Position numbers and translations under genes: made by a program. From contig CAYMCO010000027.1 in assembly GCA_964388955.1 (NCBI GenBank), positions 7,541-71,540 on the forward strand: DNA of 64,000 nucleotides. The letters run 5' to 3'. This DNA comes from an uncultured Anaerolineaceae bacterium (GTDB taxonomy: Bacteria > Chloroflexota > Anaerolineae > Anaerolineales > E44-bin32). Each line of letters opens with the position of its first letter. The stretch's first letter is position 1. The notes beneath the pieces were generated by a model, which was given only the letters and a program-made list of their open reading frames with translations, was not told the origin of the DNA and did not search any database. Below are positions 10,088 through 19,561 of the stretch, in pieces.

Positions 10088-11705
10088 CCGGGACGAATGG
10101 TGCTGGGTGGCCGCCGGGGTGCTGATCGTCATGCTGCTGTCCAGCCTGCCGGTCATCGCCGGAAACCTGGCGCAGACAGAGGACGTGCGCTTCTCCGGCG
10201 CGGTATACGATCGCCAGGACTACGCCGTCCACCTCGCTACCATGCATTTGGGGGCGAGCGGGAGCTGGGGCTATCGACTCGAGTTCACCACCGAGGAGCA
10301 CCCGGCCCGGTTTATCAAGCTGGCCTATCTGCTGCTCGGCAAGGTCGCCTCCGGATTGGGGTTGAGCTTCGGATTGGCTTACGAGGTTGCCCGGGTTCTG
10401 GCGGGGATGGGATTCGTGCTGGCTCTCTATGCCCTGGCCTCGTTGTTGACAGAGACGGTCAAGCTCCGCGCCATGGCGGTCACCTTGGCGGTGTTTGCAT
10501 CCGGGATCGGTTGGCTCCAACTGATCCTGCATTGGGTTCCCCGGGTGGATATCTCGCCCATCGATTTCTGGCTGATCGATGCCTTCGCCTTCTTCGGCAT
10601 GATGACCCTCCCCCATTTCTCGCTCGCCCTGCTGCTGACATTGGTCATGCTGATAGCCGGGAAATCGTTGCTCAAGGAGGGGGGATTTCGGGCGCCCATC
10701 GTGGTGGGCGCCTGCGGCCTCCTGATCGTCGCCATAGAGCCGACTATGGTCGTCATCGCGGACCTGGCGTTGTTGGGTCTGACGATCGGCTTATGGCGGG
10801 AAACGGAGAAGCCCACGCTTGCGTCCCTGGGCCGCCTCATGCTTGCCGGATCAGCTCAGGCCCCATTGCTGGCCTACAATTACTGGGCATTGGGCTCCCA
10901 TCCTGTCTGGGAGGAATTCACTGCACAGTTCATCCATCAGTCCCCGCCGCCGATCTACTACCTGGCCGGCTTCGGACTGCTGCTTCCTTTTGCGTTGTGG
11001 GGAGCATGGGTGAGCTGGCGCCGGAAGAACCCCATCGGAATCATGCTTGCATTCTGGGCGCTGTGCGCGTCGGCTTTGGTGTATGCGCCGGTAAGCTTCC
11101 AACGCCGTTTCGCCATGGGCCTGTCGATACCCCTGGGCATCCTCGCCGCATATGGATTTTGGTTCGGATTCGCCGCCTGGCTGCGGCGCCGGGGGAAGGC
11201 CGGAGGCGTCGCCTTGTGGGAATTCGTCTATCAACGCCGTTGGGCGCTGGCCGGCATATGGATGCTTTTCTCCGGTTTTTCTTCGCTGTATCTGGTATTC
11301 GGAGGGGTGACTCTGGCCAGTCTGCGGCCGGCGACGCTCTTCGACCCCCGGGATGTCATCCGGGCGGTGGATTGGCTTGGGGAGAATGCGATGCCGGAGG
11401 ATTCGGTGTTCAGCGCTGAGCGCACCGGCTTGGTCATCCCCGCCAGGACCGGCCTGCGAGCCTATCTGGGCCATCCGATTGAGACCGTTGACTATGATCG
11501 GAAAGAGCGGATTGTGGGGAGTTTCTACTCGGCGACGGGCATGAGTGATGAGGTCCGCGCGGTGACTCTGTTCGAAACCGGCTGCGAATGGCTCTTTGTT
11601 GGGCCTTATGAACGCGCCATCAGTGATTTCGAGCCCCGAAATATCCCGGGCGTCGAGATTGCGTACCAAAATCCCACTGTGAAACTCTACCGGGTCACCC
11701 GATGA
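10071..11705 (+). CDS. GT-C-type membrane protein
   Basis: Polytopic, QDYAVHL first-loop Asp, C-terminal soluble domain (AVDWL..YLGHP..YQNPTVKLYRV). ATG overlaps the upstream gene end. Confidence 0.7.
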   Translation: MNSRVSRDEWCWVAAGVLIVMLLSSLPVIAGNLAQTEDVRFSGAVYDRQDYAVHLATMHLGASGSWGYRLEFTTEEHPARFIKLAYLLLGKVASGLGLSFGLAYEVARVLAGMGFVLALYALASLLTETVKLRAMAVTLAVFASGIGWLQLILHWVPRVDISPIDFWLIDAFAFFGMMTLPHFSLALLLTLVMLIAGKSLLKEGGFRAPIVVGACGLLIVAIEPTMVVIADLALLGLTIGLWRETEKPTLASLGRLMLAGSAQAPLLAYNYWALGSHPVWEEFTAQFIHQSPPPIYYLAGFGLLLPFALWGAWVSWRRKNPIGIMLAFWALCASALVYAPVSFQRRFAMGLSIPLGILAAYGFWFGFAAWLRRRGKAGGVALWEFVYQRRWALAGIWMLFSGFSSLYLVFGGVTLASLRPATLFDPRDVIRAVDWLGENAMPEDSVFSAERTGLVIPARTGLRAYLGHPIETVDYDRKERIVGSFYSATGMSDEVRAVTLFETGCEWLFVGPYERAISDFEPRNIPGVEIAYQNPTVKLYRVTR

Positions 11706-13291
11706 TCGAAATGATGGCCAAGCGCAAGTCGCCCCTCCTGTTGACATTCGGTTGCGCGATCGCCATATTGGCGGCGATCTGGGTGCGGCATCCAGGATAT
11801 ATGGACGCAGATTACTACTTTGCGACCGCCCGAACGCTGGCAGCCGGCGGCGGATTCCAGGAGCCGTTCATCTGGAACTATCTCGATGATCCGTCCGGCA
11901 TCCCTCACCCGTCGCACCTGTATTGGCTGCCGGTGACCTCGATTCTGGCGGCGATCCCCATGAGGCTGGGAGGCCTGTCCTTCCGGGCCGCCCAGATGCC
12001 ATTCATCCTGCTGACAGGCTGCCTCCCGCTCATGGCGGCCAAGCTATCGGAGTGGCTGGGCTTCGATGACCGGATGTCGTGGTTCTCAGGGCTCTTGGCA
12101 GGGTTCTCGGGCTTCTACCTGGCCTATTTCGTCACCACGGATGCGTTTTCCCTGTATGCTGTACTGGGCGGCGGGATTCTGTGGTTGGCTGCCGCTGCAG
12201 CTCGATCCCCATCCCCAACGAGGTGGCTGCTGCTTGGCGGGATGATTGGGATCGCCAATCTGACCCGGACGGATGGCTCCCTCTTCCTTGTCGTCGGCCT
12301 GGCGGCGGTCGCCCTGTCGCGGCGGCGCCCTTTCATTTCCAGCGCCGTCTTGGTCTTGGGCTTCTTGCTGGCCAGCGCGCCATGGCTGCTACGGAACTGG
12401 ATGACCATCGGAGCGCCCTTCTCCCCGGCGACTTCGAGAGCGCCGTGGATGCTTTCATACGACGAGCTGTTCACTTATCCTGCGTCACAATTGACCTTTT
12501 CGCGCTGGTGGAATGCAGGCATCGGGGAGCTGCTTTCACAGCGCTGGGATGCGCTGGTCGCCAATCTATCCACTGCGCTGGCGGTGAATGGCCTCGTCTT
12601 CCAGGCTCCTCTGATATTGATCGCCGCGGTACATCTCCGGCGGCGAAACCTGCTGAAGCTGGCCGGGATCTATCTCGTGCTCCTCCTGGGGCTCATGAGC
12701 CTGGCATTCCCCTTCGCCGGCGCGCGCGGTGGGTTCTTCCATTCCAGCGCCGCGCTGATGCCACTCTTTTGGGCCCTCACGCCGAAGGGGGTATCGATCG
12801 CGGTGGATTGGGGGAGCCGTGCCAGGCGCTGGAATCGCAGTCAAGCGAAGACGGTGTTTCAGGTGGCATCTGTTGCGCTTTCGGCGGGCATCACCATCGC
12901 TGTTTTCTGGGGTCGGGCCCTGCGCCCCGTGCAGATGTCCGCCGCGTGGGGCGCGAGCGCCGAGACCTATGAACGCGTGGCCAGCGTGGTTCAGAAGCTG
13001 GGGTTGGGAGGCGAGAGCGCCGCGGTGAATAACCCACCGGGATTCTATCTGGCCTCGGGAACGCCCGCTATTGTGATCCCAAATGGGGGCCCGAGTGCGC
13101 TTGAGGCTGTCATGCAGAGATATGGGGCGCGGATCGTGATTCTCGATCAGAATCACCCCGACGGTCTCGGGCCTCTGTACGACGATCCCGATTCGCTGGA
13201 TTGGCTCCGGCTGCGCGGGACCGTGGGGCCTTCCGGGGGGAGCCCGATTTATATTCTGGAATCGAGAGGCGCGAACATTGGAGACCAATGA
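11702..13291 (+). CDS. GT-C-type (PMT_2-like) membrane glycosyltransferase
   Basis: YMDADYY, LYWLP, LTRTDG and PWLLRNW motifs; ATGA coupling with the upstream stop. Confidence 0.75.
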   Translation: MIEMMAKRKSPLLLTFGCAIAILAAIWVRHPGYMDADYYFATARTLAAGGGFQEPFIWNYLDDPSGIPHPSHLYWLPVTSILAAIPMRLGGLSFRAAQMPFILLTGCLPLMAAKLSEWLGFDDRMSWFSGLLAGFSGFYLAYFVTTDAFSLYAVLGGGILWLAAAAARSPSPTRWLLLGGMIGIANLTRTDGSLFLVVGLAAVALSRRRPFISSAVLVLGFLLASAPWLLRNWMTIGAPFSPATSRAPWMLSYDELFTYPASQLTFSRWWNAGIGELLSQRWDALVANLSTALAVNGLVFQAPLILIAAVHLRRRNLLKLAGIYLVLLLGLMSLAFPFAGARGGFFHSSAALMPLFWALTPKGVSIAVDWGSRARRWNRSQAKTVFQVASVALSAGITIAVFWGRALRPVQMSAAWGASAETYERVASVVQKLGLGGESAAVNNPPGFYLASGTPAIVIPNGGPSALEAVMQRYGARIVILDQNHPDGLGPLYDDPDSLDWLRLRGTVGPSGGSPIYILESRGANIGDQ

Positions 13292-14762
13292 GCGGCCGCT
13301 TGACCGCCAGGTTCGCCAGTTGGCCATCTTGCTGGCTCTGGTCGGAGCGGCCTGTTTGGTCTATGTGCTGTCGCTCTCTCGAACATCTGGGATCGGATTC
13401 CCTCTGGACGACGCCTGGATCCACCAGACCTACGCCCGGAACCTCGCGGAATATGGTGAATGGTCCTTCACCCCCGGCGAGACCAGCGGAGGCTCGACCG
13501 CCCCATTGTGGACGGTGATGCTTTCGGCCGCCTATCTGCTGGGGGTCGATCCCACCATATGGGCCTATCTGCTGGGGATCATCCTGCTCGCTTTCACCGC
13601 CTGGTCCGCCGGCCGGTGGTTCCTGATCCGAAACCCGGAAAGGACGAAGTGGGCCCCCTTCGTGGCAGCAGGAGTGGGCATGGAATGGCACCTGATTTGG
13701 GCGGGAGTCTCGGGCATGGAGACGGGCGCTATGGCGTTGATAGTGGTGCTGTTCTTCCTGTATCTGGATCAGCAAAGGGAAAGGTGGATCGGATTGGGGG
13801 CTCTGACCGGGCTCGGAGTTTGGATCCGCCCAGATGCGATCACCCTGCTTCTTCCGGCCGGCCTGATGATTCTTCTGGGAAGGCCTTTCTCCCCGACGAC
13901 CCTGGCTCGGCGCTTTGGCCGGCTGCTGCTGGGCGCCGCCCTGCTCTTCGTCCCCTATTTGCTCTTCAACCTCTCGCAGGCGGAAGAAGTGTGGCCCAGC
14001 ACGTTCTATGCGAAGCAGCAAGAATACGCCTCGCTGCGGGCGCTCCCCCTGGCGGGGAGACTTCTCTCCCAGATGACCTCGCCTTTCGTCGGCCCTGCGG
14101 CCTTGCTGCTGCCCGGGATCGTCATCTTTCTGGTCGTTCGCGCTCGGCGGCGCAACTGGCCTCGCCTGGCGCCTTTGGTGTGGGCGCTGGCCTATCTGGC
14201 CATGTTCGCCTGGCGGCTTCCGGTGACATACCAGCACGGCCGCTACGCCATGCCCACCATCCCGGTTCTGCTCGTCCTCGGTTTTGAGGGCCTCTCCAAC
14301 TGGGTCCGCCCTGGATCGGTGACCATGTGGCGCAGGCTCCTGTCACGCGCCTGGATCGGGGCGCTGGGTGGAGTGGCGCTGGGCTTCATCGCGCTGGGCG
14401 CGCGCGCCTACCAGCGGGATGTCGCCATCATTCAGACGGAGATGGTGGCGACTGCCAGATGGATCGCCCACAACACGCCGGCGGATTCCGTGGTCGCGGC
14501 GCACGACATCGGGGCCATCGGCTATTTCGCCCATCGCGAGCTGATTGATTTGGCCGGATTGGTTTCGCCCGAGGTGATTCCTTTCATGCGCGATGAAGCC
14601 GCACTGCGAAGCTACCTGGATGAACAGGGCGCGGACTACCTGGTCACATTTCCGGGCTGGTACCCAGAGCTAAGCGCACACGGTGAAGCTGTCTTCCGAT
14701 CGCAGGGCAAGGCAAGCCCTGCGGCCGGTGGAGAGAACATGGTCGTTTACGCATGGCCCTGA
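13278..14762 (+). CDS. GT-C-type membrane glycosyltransferase-like protein
   Basis: LDDAWIHQTYARNL, SGME, RPD and DIGAIGY..IDLAGL motifs; same family as the gene at 1-582. Confidence 0.75.
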   Translation: METNERPLDRQVRQLAILLALVGAACLVYVLSLSRTSGIGFPLDDAWIHQTYARNLAEYGEWSFTPGETSGGSTAPLWTVMLSAAYLLGVDPTIWAYLLGIILLAFTAWSAGRWFLIRNPERTKWAPFVAAGVGMEWHLIWAGVSGMETGAMALIVVLFFLYLDQQRERWIGLGALTGLGVWIRPDAITLLLPAGLMILLGRPFSPTTLARRFGRLLLGAALLFVPYLLFNLSQAEEVWPSTFYAKQQEYASLRALPLAGRLLSQMTSPFVGPAALLLPGIVIFLVVRARRRNWPRLAPLVWALAYLAMFAWRLPVTYQHGRYAMPTIPVLLVLGFEGLSNWVRPGSVTMWRRLLSRAWIGALGGVALGFIALGARAYQRDVAIIQTEMVATARWIAHNTPADSVVAAHDIGAIGYFAHRELIDLAGLVSPEVIPFMRDEAALRSYLDEQGADYLVTFPGWYPELSAHGEAVFRSQGKASPAAGGENMVVYAWP

Positions 14763-14826
14763 TTCATTGTCCTTGCGCTAGTGTGTATGCTATACTCGCC
14801 CCAGGTTCCGAAAGGCGGGGAAGGCC

Positions 14827-15519
14827 ATGGACAAAATCGGCATTGTGATCGTTGATGACCATCCATTATTTCGTGAAGGCTTGCGCAACGTAGTCGAGGC
14901 AGAGGACGACATGCTGGTCCTGGGTGAGGCGCTCAGCGGTGATGAAGGGCTCGCCATGGTGAAGCAGGAGGAGCCGGAGGTCGTGCTGCTGGACATCAAC
15001 CTGCCGCGCATGAACGGAATTCAAGTCACGCGCCAGATATTGTCCGAGCGGCTGGCTGCCGCGGTGGTTCTGCTCACCGCCTATGACGACGTCGAACAAG
15101 TGCTGCATGCCTTCCGTGCAGGTGCGATGGCCTATTGCTCCAAGGATGTCGAAGCAGGTAAGCTGGTAGATGTCATACGACAGGTTGCGCGCGGCTTTTA
15201 TGTGGTTGGCGATCAAGTGTACGACAAGCAGGGGCTTGAGGCATGGCTCGATCGGGGCGTGGAGACCGTCCGGCGACCCCACCTCGAGGGCGAGGTGGAG
15301 GCGTACACCCCGCTCTCTCCACGTGAGATGGAAATCCTTCAGCACGTCACCCGCGGATTGAGCAACAAGGAGATCGCGGTCAAGTTGGGCATCAGCCATC
15401 AAACCGTGAAGAACCACATGACCTCTATTCTGCACAAGCTCGATGTGCAAGACCGGACCCAGGCGGCGGTGTATGCGCTGCGGCACGGCTGGGTCCGCCT
15501 CCAAGACACGCGGAAGTAA
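14827..15519 (+). CDS. NarL/LuxR-family response regulator, DegU-like
   Basis: REC domain (VDDHP, LLDINLP) plus LuxR HTH (LSPREMEIL..SNKEIA..TVKNH). TATACT -10 box at 14791-14796. Confidence 0.9.
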   Translation: MDKIGIVIVDDHPLFREGLRNVVEAEDDMLVLGEALSGDEGLAMVKQEEPEVVLLDINLPRMNGIQVTRQILSERLAAAVVLLTAYDDVEQVLHAFRAGAMAYCSKDVEAGKLVDVIRQVARGFYVVGDQVYDKQGLEAWLDRGVETVRRPHLEGEVEAYTPLSPREMEILQHVTRGLSNKEIAVKLGISHQTVKNHMTSILHKLDVQDRTQAAVYALRHGWVRLQDTRK

Positions 15520-15534
15520 TCAGGCCACCGTTCT

Positions 15535-16596
15535 ATGACTGATCGCGGTGCGGCGACGGAACTCAGCCCCAGGGATGCCTTGCTTGAATCCGCTCGGGAA
15601 GAGCTGGAGAGCGTCCGCGCGCAACTCAGTGAGATCGGCCTCCTGGTGGAACAGAGCCAGGGCGAGGTGGACAAGCTCGCTGATCGGAATACCCAGATCA
15701 CCGCCCGTCTGCATCAAATGCAGGGGCATTTCGAGACCATCCCCCGGGAGGACATTCGCTCGCTATATGAGACCGCCCAGGACACGCAGCAGCGTCTGTT
15801 CACCATGCGCGGTCAACTCGAGAAGCTGAAAAGCGATCAGGTCAACATCCAGCGCTACTCCGATTTCTTGCGAAGCACCATACAAGCTCTGGAGGGGATC
15901 TCCGCCGAGGAGGTACCCGGAGCCGCCGATTCGGGCGCACTCCTGGTACAACGGATCATTGAGGCCCAGGAAGATGAACGGCGGAAGGTGTCGCGCCTGA
16001 TCCACGATGGCCCTGCGCAGACTTTGGCGAACTTCATCCTTCAGACTGAGATCGCCATACGGCTATTCGATGTTGACTCTGAGAAAGCGCGTGCGGAGCT
16101 CACCACGCTCAAGTCGGCGGCCGAATCCTCCTTCTCAAAGATCCGCGATTTCATTTTCGAGATGCGCCCCATGATGCTCGACGATCTGGGCTTGATCCCC
16201 ACCTTGCGGCGCTACTCCGATGTGTTCAAGGAGAAGACCGGCATGGATCTATCTCTGGTGGTGACGGGGAGTGAAAGACGGCTTGCCCCTCATCTGGAGA
16301 TCTTGATCTTCCGCACGCTGCAGAGCGTCTTTGCTGACATCCGGGACAACGCGCAGGCCACTCAAGTGAAGACTGTGATCGACATGGACGAGGAGCAGGT
16401 CCGGGTATCGGTTGAAGATAACGGCCGGCGGGTGGAATCGGAAGCATTCACGACTGGGGGCGACGGCCTGAGCGCGAGCCGGAATCTCGCCTCTCTGGAG
16501 GAACGGATCGATCAGGTCGGGGGGAGCTTGACCGTTCACAGCCGACCCGGCGACGGCAGCCGGGTCTCCTTCATCATCCCCGCTGCCCACGACTGA
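15535..16596 (+). CDS. soluble DegS-like histidine kinase (HisKA_3) with degenerate ATPase boxes
   Basis: N-terminal coiled coil, no TM helix, EAQEDERRKVSRLIHDGPAQ and RPMMLDDLGL as in DegS. Confidence 0.8.
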   Translation: MTDRGAATELSPRDALLESAREELESVRAQLSEIGLLVEQSQGEVDKLADRNTQITARLHQMQGHFETIPREDIRSLYETAQDTQQRLFTMRGQLEKLKSDQVNIQRYSDFLRSTIQALEGISAEEVPGAADSGALLVQRIIEAQEDERRKVSRLIHDGPAQTLANFILQTEIAIRLFDVDSEKARAELTTLKSAAESSFSKIRDFIFEMRPMMLDDLGLIPTLRRYSDVFKEKTGMDLSLVVTGSERRLAPHLEILIFRTLQSVFADIRDNAQATQVKTVIDMDEEQVRVSVEDNGRRVESEAFTTGGDGLSASRNLASLEERIDQVGGSLTVHSRPGDGSRVSFIIPAAHD

Positions 16597-16638
16597 ACAG
16601 TGGGATCCTTCGCCATGGGATTTTTCTTGACATAAGGC

Positions 16639-16693
16639 ATAGGGCTATTGGATTGTAGTCCTATTGTCCTGGGCATAGCCGAACCCCTATAAT
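16639..16693 (+). promoter_or_regulatory. flp promoter: inverted-repeat operator plus TATAAT
   Basis: ATAGGGCTA-N8-TAGTCCTAT (16639-16664, 8/9 inverted match) and TATAAT at 16688-16693 without a good -35 at normal spacing. Confidence 0.5.
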
Positions 16694-16758
16694 GGAACAA
16701 ATTCATACTTTTTCATCGTCACCGGGTGCTTCATTATCGCGGGGGAGGAGGTAGTCGT

Positions 16759-16905
16759 ATGCTGTATGCCGCAAGGGATGGCGGCCAAGGGATGACGGAG
16801 TTCGGTGTGATTATTATGCTCGTCGCAATGGTTGTAATTATCCTGCTCATCCTGATGGGACCGTCAATCGGAAATATGTTCAGCAACGTGGTCGCCGATA
16901 TCTGA
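16759..16905 (+). CDS. flp: Flp/Fap type IVc pilin, 48 aa
   Basis: Missed by the ORF track. Translation MLYAARDGGQGMTEFGVIIMLVAMVVIILLILMGPSIGNMFSNVVADI. GGAGG SD, G/QGMTEF prepilin motif, hydrophobic helix, directly upstream of cpaB. Confidence 0.9.
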   Translation: MLYAARDGGQGMTEFGVIIMLVAMVVIILLILMGPSIGNMFSNVVADI

Positions 16906-17122
16906 TCGACTCACAGAAGAGGCGTATGGGAGGAGCATTCCGGCATAATTCCGAGGATAGGGAGCCCTATCATCGATAGGGCTTCCTCTATAGCGGGAGA
17001 ATGGTCGGGCACGTCGGGGCTGCGTGTGGTCTCGACTTGACAACCTTTCCAACAGAGGTAGGATGGCAGCGTTACAACCCAGGATCGGGCCGTGGGCCCG
17101 CGTAGATGATTGAGGAGGCGAC

Positions 17123-18190
17123 ATGCGTCGTGGCCGCATACTAATTCTGCTAGCACTGATTCTATTGATCGGGGCGATCGGAGGTTTCTTCGTCATCCGC
17201 TCGCTTGGAGGTGGCGGAGGTGGCCAGGCGCAGTTCGAGGGCACTCCGGCTCCAGAGCAAGTCTTCACGGCGCAGATCGTGTTCGCCGCCCAGGATATCT
17301 CCCGCGGTGCACAGATCACGGATGACGCCGTCATTCTCTCTCCGTTTCCGGCAAACAACGTGATCGAGACCATGGTGACCGACACCAGCGTGGTGGTAGG
17401 CAAGTATGCGCGAATGGATATCGCCCGGGGTGTCCCCATCACGCTCAACATGTTCACCGATCAGCCGGGGGCCCTGCTGGGGGTCGGCTCCGAGGCTTCC
17501 ATCGCCATTCCCAATGGCATGACGGCGATCTCGATCCCGATGCCGGAGGCCACCAACGGAGTCGCCTATGCGGTGCGGGATGGCGATAAGGTGGATGTGC
17601 TCGTGAGCATGCCCGTGGTCGATCAGGATACAGATTTCCAGACCGTGCTTCCCAACCTGACCTCGGTGCTGGTATCCTCGGGGGCGCCGGAGGAGGGCCA
17701 GCGGATACTGACTGCATCCGCCAATCTGGATACCGCAGTGCGTGGGCGGATTGAGACCGAGCCCGTGACCGGCCAGCTGCTGTACGTGATTCCCTCGGAG
17801 GGTCAGGAACCGCGCTTGGTCACACAGCGGCTGATCGAGAATGCGACCGTGCTGCATGTCGGGGAGTTCCCGCTGACCGAGGAACAAGCTCCGGAGGCGC
17901 CGGCCGCGGAAGGCGTGGGCGCGGAAACCAACCAAGAAGGTGCGCCGGCGCCGGCGCCGCCCAAGCCGAAGATCATCACGCTGATCGTCACGCCGCAGGA
18001 GGCGCTGTCGTTGCACTGGGCGGCCGAATCGGGTATAAACCTGACTCTCACGTTGCGGGCGCCGAATGACACAACCGAGATCAACACAACCAGCGTCACC
18101 TTGCAGTACCTGCTCGACACCTACAGCATCACTGTTCCGACGAAGCTGCCCTTCAGGGTGAAGCCCTCCGTAACACCGGTGATGCCATAA
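17123..18190 (+). CDS. cpaB: Flp pilus assembly protein CpaB/RcpC
   Basis: N-terminal TM, SAF domain (AAQDISRG), GDKVDVLV and ITLIVTPQEA motifs; Tad context. Confidence 0.85.
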   Translation: MRRGRILILLALILLIGAIGGFFVIRSLGGGGGGQAQFEGTPAPEQVFTAQIVFAAQDISRGAQITDDAVILSPFPANNVIETMVTDTSVVVGKYARMDIARGVPITLNMFTDQPGALLGVGSEASIAIPNGMTAISIPMPEATNGVAYAVRDGDKVDVLVSMPVVDQDTDFQTVLPNLTSVLVSSGAPEEGQRILTASANLDTAVRGRIETEPVTGQLLYVIPSEGQEPRLVTQRLIENATVLHVGEFPLTEEQAPEAPAAEGVGAETNQEGAPAPAPPKPKIITLIVTPQEALSLHWAAESGINLTLTLRAPNDTTEINTTSVTLQYLLDTYSITVPTKLPFRVKPSVTPVMP

Positions 18191-18256
18191 TCGTTTAATG
18201 CAAGTGGAGACCATACGGGGAATGTTCGATGGCCTCCAAGAGCTTCGGAGGTATTA

Positions 18257-19510
18257 ATGGCTGATCGCGCGGGGAAGGGCGTCCGCGTTCTGATCGTTGA
18301 CGACATTGCTGAGACTCGGGAAAACATCAAGCGTCTGTTGCAGTTCGAATCCGATATCGAGGTGGTCGGAGGGGCACAATCAGGCGGGCAGGCCATCGAA
18401 ATGGCCCGTGACCTTCTTCCCGATGTCGTCATTATGGACATCAACATGCCGGACATGGACGGCATCAGCGCCACTGAAGCGATCCTGCGGGACGTGGATT
18501 TCGCCCAGATCGTCATCCTTTCCGTCCAAAACGAACCTAACTACATGCAGCGTGCCATGCTGGCAGGGGCGCGGGGGTTCCTTGCGAAGCCGCCGTCCAG
18601 CGATGAGCTCATCAATACCATCCGGCTGCTGGGAGAGCGCGCTCATGAGCAGCGCAAACGCAGGGAGGTCGTGGTCGCGGCCCCAAGTCAGGATCAGGCG
18701 GCGGCCCGTGCGGCGGGCAAACTGATCGCTTTCTTCAGCCCCAAAGGGGGGGTGGGCTGCACCATGCTGGCGACCAACCTGGCAATTGGCCTGCACTCCG
18801 AGGCCACGCCGACGGCGTTGATCGATGCCAGCCTGCAGTTCGGGGACGCCGCCGTCTTCCTCAACTTGCAGGTGAAGACCAACATCGCGGACCTGGCGCT
18901 GCATGCAAATGAATTGGACGATCACCTGATCAGCGACGTGCTCATCCATCATGAATCAGGCCTGGAGGTGCTGGCCGCGCCCCCTCGGCCGGAGATGGCG
19001 GATGAAGTCCGCCCGGATCAGGTTCGGCAGGTGGTAGACGCCATCAAGCGGCGTTTCGATTACGTCGTGGTCGACACGAGTTCGACCATGGATGATGTGT
19101 CGCTGGCCGTGCTCGACAACGCAGATTTGCTCGTTTCCGTCGCCACGCCGGAGATTCCCGCCATCAAGGACGCCAGGTTGCTGTTCGACTTGCTTGCCGT
19201 CCTCGATTACCCGGCGGAGCAGGTGGTTTTTGTGCTGAACAAGGTGGAGAGACGCTCGGGGATCAGCCCGGAGGCGATCTCAGAGAATTTGAAGCGCGAA
19301 GTCGATGCCACCATCCCCTCGGATGAGAAAGTGATCAGCGCTTCCATCAACCGGGGCGTGCCGCTGTTGATGGAGGACGCCACCCGCCCCCCGGCCAAGG
19401 AGATTGTGGAATTGGTGGGGGTGTTGAAGGAGCGGCTGGAGTTCCGGGAGGAAGAGGAAGAAGAGCAGGTGGAAGTATCTCGCATTGCGCGTCGGCGAGC
19501 GCAGGCATAG
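18257..19510 (+). CDS. cpaE: CpaE/TadZ-like protein: receiver domain plus MinD/ParA-like ATPase
   Basis: Intact REC (VDD, MDINMP) and deviant Walker A SPKGGVGCT. Confidence 0.85.
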   Translation: MADRAGKGVRVLIVDDIAETRENIKRLLQFESDIEVVGGAQSGGQAIEMARDLLPDVVIMDINMPDMDGISATEAILRDVDFAQIVILSVQNEPNYMQRAMLAGARGFLAKPPSSDELINTIRLLGERAHEQRKRREVVVAAPSQDQAAARAAGKLIAFFSPKGGVGCTMLATNLAIGLHSEATPTALIDASLQFGDAAVFLNLQVKTNIADLALHANELDDHLISDVLIHHESGLEVLAAPPRPEMADEVRPDQVRQVVDAIKRRFDYVVVDTSSTMDDVSLAVLDNADLLVSVATPEIPAIKDARLLFDLLAVLDYPAEQVVFVLNKVERRSGISPEAISENLKREVDATIPSDEKVISASINRGVPLLMEDATRPPAKEIVELVGVLKERLEFREEEEEEQVEVSRIARRRAQA

Positions 19511-19561
19511 TTCGAGAACCGGCTGTGATCCAGCAGTTGGCGGTTCGAAGGAGGCGCTAAC

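Noticed and set aside
16627-16632. Perfect TTGACA upstream of flp
   Set aside because: No -10 box at 16-18 bp spacing; the TATAAT is 55 bp away.
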